DNA of 64,000 nt, from the IMG/VR virus record IMGVR_UViG_3300031787_000058; one strand, 5' to 3'. Shown here in pieces: positions 47,401 to 56,400 of this stretch. A program made the position numbers and the translations under genes. The notes beneath the pieces were generated by a model. That model ran no database searches, was not told the origin of the DNA, and saw only the letters and a list, made by a program, of their open reading frames with translations. Origin of the DNA: an uncultured virus (IMG/VR IMGVR_UViG_3300031787_000058) (lineage: Duplodnaviria > Heunggongvirae > Uroviricota > Caudoviricetes). The stretch's first letter is position 1. The number at the start of each line of letters is the position of its first letter.

Positions 47401-50400
47401 TGAACGACCGCACCGCGTTGACGCGCTGCTTGATGTCGCTCGAGCGGCTGGACAGTTTCGGCGTGCCCGACGAGTAGTTCAGGGCGATCGTGCGGCCGGT
47501 GATCTCGTCGGTCTTGTAGCCCGCCTTGCGAAGCTCGGCGTGCATGAAGTCGATCGGCGAGATCGGCGCCGAGCCGAAGCCAGAACCGCGGATCTGCTCC
47601 AGGATGGAGTTATAGCGCGCGGTCAGCGTCGGGCCGAGGTCTTTGTCGGTCAGTCGGTACTTGGTCTTCTGGCCGTTCGGCGCCTTGATCGTTACCATCC
47701 GCTGCTTCTCGAGGTAGCGGATGTAGAGATCGGCGAACGACAGCGACACCGGGTCGCCGACGTTCAGTTCCATCTCTTCGGCGTAGTCCTTCAGGAACGA
47801 GCCCATGGTGTTCGAGACGGTCATCACGACCTTCTCGCCCGCTTTCAGGCGCTCGATGGCGTGGCGCAGAGAGTCCTGCACCTTGAGCGACAAGAGCATC
47901 TGGTCGATCAGGTTGTGCATGATCGAGCCGAAGTTGGCGCCTTGCACGGTGGTCTTTTCACCCGTGACGCCCATCATCTTGCCTTCTTTGTCGAGCTCCT
48001 TCTGCATCGCCTTGACGGCGGCTTCCTTGGAGCGCGAGAAGCCCAGGATCGAGCGCATGGAGTTCGCCATGTTCTCGGCTGTCTCTTTGTCCACGGCCGT
48101 CTCTTGGGTGTCGTAGGACACGCCGGCGAACGTGCGCTCACGGCGGATGTACTGTCCGTCCTGCGTGAGCATCGTCGCCACGATCTGCTGCATCGGCACA
48201 CCGCCGCGCTTGATGGCTTCGGCGAGTTCGCTGATCTTGTTGACCGCCAGTTTCATGTTCGTGCTGGCGTAGAGGTCCATCACGTCCGGGCGCTTGGCGT
48301 AGGTCGCCGACGAGAAGAACGTGCCAAAGGCGTTCGTGACAAGGCTGCGGACAAATGCCGCGCGCCCGGTGGCCAGTGACCCGCCTTCCTTCTGCGCTTC
48401 CCGCTGGCCCTTGGTGCGGGCCTGCGTCTCGCCGGAGCCGCCTGCGTTGTGGCTCTCGTCGAAGATCATGAAGTTGTCGCGGCCGAAGTGCTGCACGAAC
48501 CGCTGCCGCTCGGTCGGCTGCCCCTTGACGGTCTGCAGCTGGCTGTAGGTCGTGAAGATGACCCGGTAATCGCCGAGCGTGTTTGCGGCGATCATGTCCT
48601 TCATCATCTTGGACAACTGCTCGCCACGCTTCGCCGGCTTCAGGTTCAGGTTCGTCTCGGTGATGTCCTCGCCCTTCATGCGGACGATGCTGTACGGAAC
48701 CGTGGCATCGCTGTTGGTCATGAAGATGCGCGGCTTCTCACCGGTCAGGCCGAGTTCCTCGTCCATGCCGATGTCGTCCAGGTCTCGGATCATGTCCGAG
48801 TACAGGTTCGGCTTTTCGGTCACGAAGATCGGGATGCGGCCCTTGCGCAGCGCGTAGCGGATCATGCCGGCAACGACGCGGCCCTTACCGATGCCCGTCT
48901 GGTCGCCGATGATGAAGCCCTTGCCCTGCTCGGCGTTGTAGATGCCGAGTGCCAGAGCGTCGATCTGTTCTGCGGAGAAGTTGGCGCGGGCCGTCTCGAG
49001 ATCCATCTCGAGGGCCTTGGCCACGTACTCGTCGAGGCTGCCGACGTTATCTTCGATGCGCTGCAGTGACTCTTGGATCGAGTCGCGCATCGCGGCCGGC
49101 ACGAGCGTGCCGACGGAAGCCGCTTCAGATCGCGGCGTGTAGGCGACCTGGGAGCCGGTCTCCTGTTCCTGCCCGCGGCGGTCGGTTAATCCAGACTCGA
49201 GGCGCTGACCATCGAGGCCGCCAGATCGACCCACGTCGCCAGATCGGTCTCCTTGATCGCCTGCGCGGCTTCCTCGCTTGGCGTTACCTTCGCCGGAAAC
49301 GGACTGTTGTCCATCGCCAGTGTTAGGTGCGTTCTCAGATTGAGATTGCCCATCACGAGATACTGACCCGCCTCGGCCGGATCGTCCGTTTCCGGTACGC
49401 CCAGAGCCCGACATGCCTCGACCGTCGCCTCCGGGGGTTCCTTGCTGGCCATCTCCGTCACCCGGTCGGCGAGTCTCTCCACCCACTCCCGCTCCGTCAC
49501 GCTGCCCGTCGGCACCTTCGCCGCCAGCAGTTCGATTGGAGCCGAGATTTCCTTCGGCGCCCACGCTACCAATGCCATTCAGCTTCTCCTTCAGTTGCTC
49601 GAACGAGTCGATGATCACCGGAAGATCGGAGGCCGGCAGCGCGCGAGGGGACTCGGTGCCACGGCCACGGATCACGATGACATCGACCGGATAGCTGGCG
49701 CCCTGCTTTGAGTAGAGGCTGCCGGCCACCGTGAAGTGGTCAACGACATTGTATTCGTTGTACAGCTTGAAATAGAACGCCCGCTTGGCAGCGCCGCGGT
49801 AATCCTGGCGCCGGGGCTCGTCCTCTTTGGCCATCGACCCGCCCACGATCAGGACGGCGGTGCCGTCGTCCTTCATGGCTTTCAGGGCATTGAAGGCGAT
49901 CGCGTGATCGATCTCGTTGGTGGTGTAGTCGGGCGTAACCGTGAAACTAATCGTGTTGCCGTCGGCGTCCTTGACCGCGCCGAACGGCGGGTTGGCGATG
50001 ACGGCATCGACGCGGGCGCCGAACTGGGTCGTCGCAGCGTTTTCGGTCGTGACGTTGAAGCCCATCTGCCGCAGCGCAGCAGCGCGGTTGGCGTTGAGCT
50101 CGTTCGCCTGCACCGACGCCGGGTTGGCGCCGATCAGCAGCATCCCATTACCGGCCGTGGGCTCGAGGACGCGGGTCTGGGCCGTGATACCGGCGAGTTC
50201 CGAGGCGAGGAACGCCAGCGGGACCGGGGTCGAGTACGCCTGCTCGCGCACGCTCGTTGACGAACGCACGCCGAGGTTCGGCTGACGGTTGTAGAGTGCA
50301 ACCAACCGGTCGTAGATGTCGGCCGACGACAGTTTCAGGCGTCGTCCAGCGGCGACAATCTCGCGCCCGGCCATGACGACAGCCGCTTCCACGGTCTCGT

Positions 50401-53400
50401 CGGCGAGTTTGGCGGCTTCCGTGCCGGCCTTGATCGGGGTGCCCGTGATCTCGGCGATCTTGGCGCGGGCGTCGTTGATCGTGGCAAAGGACTGGCCACC
50501 GGCCAGCATCACGAACAGTTGCCGCGCAATCTCGTGGCGGCCTTCCGGGTTTTCCAGCGTCGGCGCCGCCTCTTGCGGCTCGGTGTCGAACTCGATCTTG
50601 CCCGCCTGGACGTCGCTGATGAACCGCACGATGTACGGCTTCATGTTCTCGACGGCCACCTGGCCGAACTTGTCGAGGACCATGCGAATGATTGCTCGCA
50701 TGGCTTCCCGGATGTCCTGGCCCGCCTGCACGAAGTTCTTGGCCGCCGCGATGAAGAGCGGCTTCGCCTTGGCGTAGGTCTCCTCGTCGAATGTGAAGCC
50801 GGAGTTCAGCTTGCCGTTGCCGCCGAAGAGTTTACCGAGTCCGTCGATTGCATTACCGAGCCCTTCGGCCGTGTTCTTGCCGGCGCTCTGGATCGAGGTG
50901 AGCGGGCCGCGGTCGGACTGGCCCTGACGCTCGCGCATCTCGCGCTCGGTCTTCGGCTTGTCCTTGGCCAGTTCCTCGCGCATCAGGTCGTCGAACATGT
51001 TGCCGAGGTCGATGTCCGGCTCTGCGGCCGGAGGCTCTTCCTGCGCAGGCGGCTTGGCGTAGATCGTCCCCTCGCCAGGCTGCCAAGAGGCAGAGGCGAC
51101 GGTCATGCCGAATTCCTTGAGCTCTTCGACGGCCAGCGGGAACGGATACCCGACGAGTTTGCCGCTCGCGGATACCGCCGACGGCTGCCCTGGCTGCCCC
51201 TTCGACTTGGACTCGCTCAGTTGGTACCAGTACAGGCCGTCGTTCTTCTTCTCGCCATCGAGGCGCTTCTGGAATGCCTCGCGCACAGCCTGGTCAACTT
51301 CGGTGGCGCGACCCTCGGTCGGCGACACGTAGTCGTCCTTGACCTTCGGGCCCTCGTCCGACCACTCGATGTTCTTGACGAGATCGCGGAACAGGTCGTT
51401 GAACCCGGCGCGCTCTACGCCAGAGGCGTACGGCGTCCCCTTGTATCCGGTGTCCATGCTGGTCGCGCCCTCGCCAACCCAACCGGTGACGAGGTACGGG
51501 CTCTTGCGCGTGCCGAGTTCGTCGAACACAAACGCCTCGAAGGCGCGCGCCCACATCTCGACGGGCGTTCCCCAGTAGTCCTTGCCGAGCCTGTCGGCTT
51601 CGTTCTTGAAGTTCGTGGCGCGGCGGATGTTCCACCCTTCGAGCTTCCAATACTTGTTCTCGACGTAGGCGCGGGCGGTCTCGATCGGGCCGAGGCGCTT
51701 GTTGTTGCGTAGGTGCGATTGACCGGCGAGCAGGCGGTCAAGCGTCTTGACCGCGTAATCGATGTCGTACTTCTCGAGCAGCGCCTTCTTCAGTGAGTTG
51801 ACCGCCTTCTTGCTCGAGGCGCTGGCGGTCGATCCGGCCTTAAAGCCCTGCATCTCACCGGTCAGGAAGTGATCGAGCGCATGACCCCACTCGTGGGCCA
51901 CGGTGCCGTCGCCCTTGGTCTTCGTGAGGTTAATGACGTTGGTGTTGGGCTCGTAGTGCGCCGCCGCACGGCCGCCACGGCCACGGGAACCGAACGCGAG
52001 GCCCATTCGGCCGCCGAACGAGATCGCCTTGGCCGGCATGTTGAGCGCGTCGGCCAGATCCCAAAGCGCGTCGTAGGCGTGGTTGATGTTCGCCTGGCGC
52101 TCGGCCGCGTTCACCCACTCGCCGAACTCGACGCCACGGAAGCCGAACGCCTGCATGAAGTCGTCGCCGTTCACGTCCTTGCCGTTGCGGCGATCGGGCA
52201 GGTTCTCGCGGACGATGTTCTCGAGCGGCGGGCGACGATCGACGCCCTTGGAAATCGACGAGTCTTCCTTCGTGCGGCGGGCATAGTCGTTGAGGTCCGA
52301 GACGATGAGCCGGGCGTACTTGGTGGCGATCTCACCGAACTCGGTCAGGTTGGTCTTGGGCTTGGAGAAGCCTCTGTCGTCGCGCTCGTACTCGATCGTG
52401 CCGATGAGCTTGTCCAGCGCCGCCTTCGCTTCCGCAATGCTCATGGCGTTGCGGGTCGCTTCGCGCATCTGCTCCATCGTGGCGATGTAGTCGGCCGCTT
52501 CCTCGATCAGGAAGTCGATGCCCTCGTCTTTGGCCTTGCGCTTGGTCGCCTCTGAGAAACTTTCCTCGTAGCGGCCGCGCCCACCGCCTGCGTTGGAGCC
52601 GACGTACTCGAGAAGCGACGGAAATCGGTTGCGCACTTCGGTCAGGAAGACGACCGTACCAGTGCTGGCGCCTTCCGGCTGGACAATGTTCCAGACGCGG
52701 GTCTTCGAGGCGCTGTCCAGAACCTTCTGGATGTCTTTGTCGAGATCCCCGGTCTTGCCCTCGCCGAGTCGCTTCTTGGCCAGGTCTTTGCGGCTGCCCC
52801 ACAGCTTCTCGCCGACGTTCTGAAGTTTGTCCTTCTTCTCGTCCTTGGGCGGCAGCGCCTCCCTCTCGCCCGTCAGATACTCACGGGCCATGAGGAACAG
52901 CGTGTTGATCTCATCGAGCGCCTTCGGGACGGCGTTGAAGTTCGCCAGCGCGCGATCGACAACTTCCTTGGCGTTGACGACCGACTGCGCGCTGCCCGCG
53001 GCGTAGAGCTCGGGGTTGAGCTCGACCAGTTTGCGGAACGCTTCCTGGTACATGCCCTCGAGCGCCTTGTTGAACGAGGCGAGGCGCGCGTCGAGGCTCT
53101 TGCCCGACGTGCCCGGGGTGTTGTCCAGGAATTCTTGGAATGCGAAGCGAGCGTTGGTGGTCAGTTCCTTCTTCAGGACATCCGCACCACCGGCCGGGAT
53201 CTTCCAGCCCTTCTGCTTGAAGTTACCGAGCAGGCGCTCGACCCGCTCGTGCAGTTTGGTGACAGCCGCGGCCTTTGCGCCCCACGCCTCGAGGGCCGTG
53301 GGCTCGGCGGCCGGCTGGCTTACTTGCTCTTGGCTGCCTGCTTCGCCTTCATCCGCCTGACTGCCTCGAGCATCGCCGCTTTCACCTTGGGGTTGCTCTC

Positions 53401-56400
53401 GATCCGGCGTACCAGTCTCTCCAGCCCCGTCTGCGGGCGGCTGGTTGCCGGCGCCGAGGAGGTCGCCTTGGGTTTCGCCTTGTCGGTTGGCAGCATCGTT
53501 CTTCCCTCTCAGGTTTCGCAGGGTGTCGAGCTTCGTCGGGAGTTCCATGGCCCCGAACAGGCCGTCTCCCGCGTTCTCGACAGATTGAACTATGGCGGCG
53601 TATTCCTGCAAGTATTCCGTGATCGCTCGCGCGCTACGGATGTTGTCGTTCATGAACTGCAGGATTTCTTTGGCTTCGGCGCTGATGGTGTCGCCGAACA
53701 TGCCAATTTGCGACAGGAAGTCCTCGATGCTGCGCCCCTCGGCGCGCAGTTGAGACAGGGTTTCGACAGCCTCGGTGATGTCCTGGCTGATGTCGTACCC
53801 ATCAACGGTGCGGGCCTGCGCCAGTTGCGCGGCCGCGCGCACAAGCGACGTGCCGACGTTCTTCAGGTCGGCGTTGGGCGACTCGATCAACCGGGCCAGC
53901 GTCTCGCTCTTGCCGTACGCTTTGTACAGGATGGCATTGCGGATGCGGCGCTTGCCGGATTGGGCGATCGTGCCGTCTGCGGCCACGAACCCGGCGAGTT
54001 CGTTCGTCGTGTAGCCCTTCAGCGCGCCCTTGATCGCCTGAATGTTGTTGGCCGTCATCGGGATGTCGCCCGAGTCGTCCACCTGGATTTGGTCGAGCGC
54101 GGTCATGCGCTCGGCATCGACCGCCGCCTGCTCCATGTCGGACATCTGCAGGCCGGCCGCTTGGTTCGACTGGATCGCCAGGCGCCGGGTGTCGGCGTCC
54201 TGCGTCACGCGGCGCACCAGTACCGGCTTCTTCATGCCGCGGATCGCGCCCGGATCGAGACCGAAGCGCGCGGCGTTCGCCTCGAGCTGCTTGCGGTACT
54301 CGCCGGCCATGTTGTTCTCGTAGGCGAGGCTCACGCCCTCGAAGCGGCCGTTGCCGCCCACGATCACACCGTCCGATGTGAGCGTCGGCGAACCGTAGTC
54401 CATCGTCTTCGACGTGTCGGACAGGCGCTCGAAGTCCGGGTTACGCGAGATCTCGGCCACCTGAATGTTCGAGGCGGCGCGCGTGCGATCGCGCGGCTGG
54501 TTGACGCCTTCCTTCATCGAGGCTTTCACCTCGTCGGCATCGACCACCGCCCATTCGGCGTCGAGCTTCTCGTTGCCCGCAATGACGGTCGTCTTGCGGC
54601 GCTGGTCGAGCATCTCGCGCTCGTTGCGCGGCGGCTCGGCGGGCGTCTCGTCGGGCGCCTGTCCCGTTGCCGCCCCGGCCTGCTCACCGCCGAACAGCGC
54701 GCCGAGCCCGTCGATCGGGTCTTGTGCCTGCCCTACTTCTGCCGCTGGCGATCCCGGTTCTTGTCCTTGCGGCGCTGCTTGCTCGGCTTCAGGGGCTTGT
54801 GTGCCATCGACGGGTTCCTCTGCAGTTGGGGGATTCTGTTGCGCGCCGAACAACTGGCGCAGCTTGGTCAGGTCGCCGTTGGCATCCTGCAGCGCGGCGA
54901 CTTCTTGCCGTTCGCGTTCGGTCAGCGGGGTCGGCGGGAACTCCTGCTCGATCTCGCCCTGATCGGTGAAGATGGTGCGGAAGCCGCCCTCGGCCTTCGA
55001 GACCAACTGCTCGAGGCGCGTCTCCGCGTAATCGAGTAGCGCCTGGTCGTCCTCCGAGACGGGCTCTGCGGCCGCGGGAGGCGGCGTATCAGCGGGCGGC
55101 GGCGTTGGCGCTGCCTCGGCCTGCGGAGGCTCTGCGGGCGGCTCTACGCCCGGGATGGGGCCGATCGTGGGCTCTATGCGCTCCTGATTCGGTGCGTTCG
55201 GCGGCGCGACGGGCGCCTGCGGTCCCCCGCCCAACACCAGGTTGACGCCACCGCCCATGATGCCGCCCAAGGTGCCGGCAAATGCCGTCCGTTTGGCAGC
55301 GTTGGGGGCAGACGGGAGCTCGCGCCGGCCGACGGCCTCGCCCGCGATGTTGCCGGCCTCTTCGCCCGCTTCCTGCGCGCCTTCCCTGAAGACGGCAGAC
55401 AGGAAACTCTTGACGCGCTCGAGCCCGATCCGGCCTGCGGACAGGTCGCCAGCCAAACGGCGCGCGATCTCGCCTTCGGCGCCGCCGCCCGTGGCGATAC
55501 TGGCCAGCACCGATACCGCCGCCGACGTGGCGGCTGCTTGGTACCGGTTGGCAAGCGGTTGGTCCTCGAGGGACGTGAACGTGTCGGCCGCATTCTGGGC
55601 CGCGATCGTCGCCACGCTCGTCGCCACCGCGGCCTTGGTCGTGGCCGCTTGGCCGAGCCCGCGCGCGCTGGCCACCATGGCCGCGCCCTTCGCGGCGCCT
55701 GCCGGGAGGAACATCGAACCGATAGTGGTAATCGACTGATCGACGAGAACCGACGGGTTGTCGAGCAGGTACGAGAACATGTCGCCGACACCCTTGGTGT
55801 CGTCCTGCAGAACTTTGGCGAAGCCGCGCTGCTGTTCGTTGAACTGCTTGGTTCCAACCAGTTCGTCGATCGACTCCATGCCGCGCTTCATAGCGTCGGA
55901 GGTGTCTTTGCCGACATTACCGCCCGTGGCCATCTGCGCGATGTCGGCGACGCCCTTGACCGCGGTCGGGCCGATCTTGAGCGCGCTGGCCGTGAGGTTG
56001 CGGGCAGTCCCGGTAATCGGGTTCTGCTCTTCGACTGGCGTACCAACTTCCGGCAGCTTGAGACCGGATCGCTGGTTCATCTCGCGCGCGATGGATGCCA
56101 TGGCGCGCTTCTCGAGCGGCGCGGACATACCAGGGTCCGTGCTCATCTCGATCTTGATGTCGTTCGGCGCAGCACGGTACTGCGCCTCGAGCACCTTGCG
56201 CATTGCGGACGGGATCTGTTCGTTGGGCAGATAGCCCGTGCCGGGCTCGATCAGATTGGCGATCCCGCCAACCACGGAGTCGAGCGCGCGTTGGAACATG
56301 CCCGGCTCTTCTGACTTCTGGGCGGGCGCAGCGGCCGGCTTCGGAGGCGCCAAGAATCGATCGCGGAGGCTAGCGGCGTCCGAGCCCGCGTTCGGCGCGA

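Noticed and set aside
42326..55039. Very long plus-strand ORFs (1178, 775, 634 and 397 aa) opposite the giant gene
   Set aside because: Antisense shadows expected in high-GC3 genes; V/L/D/R/H-rich with no motifs
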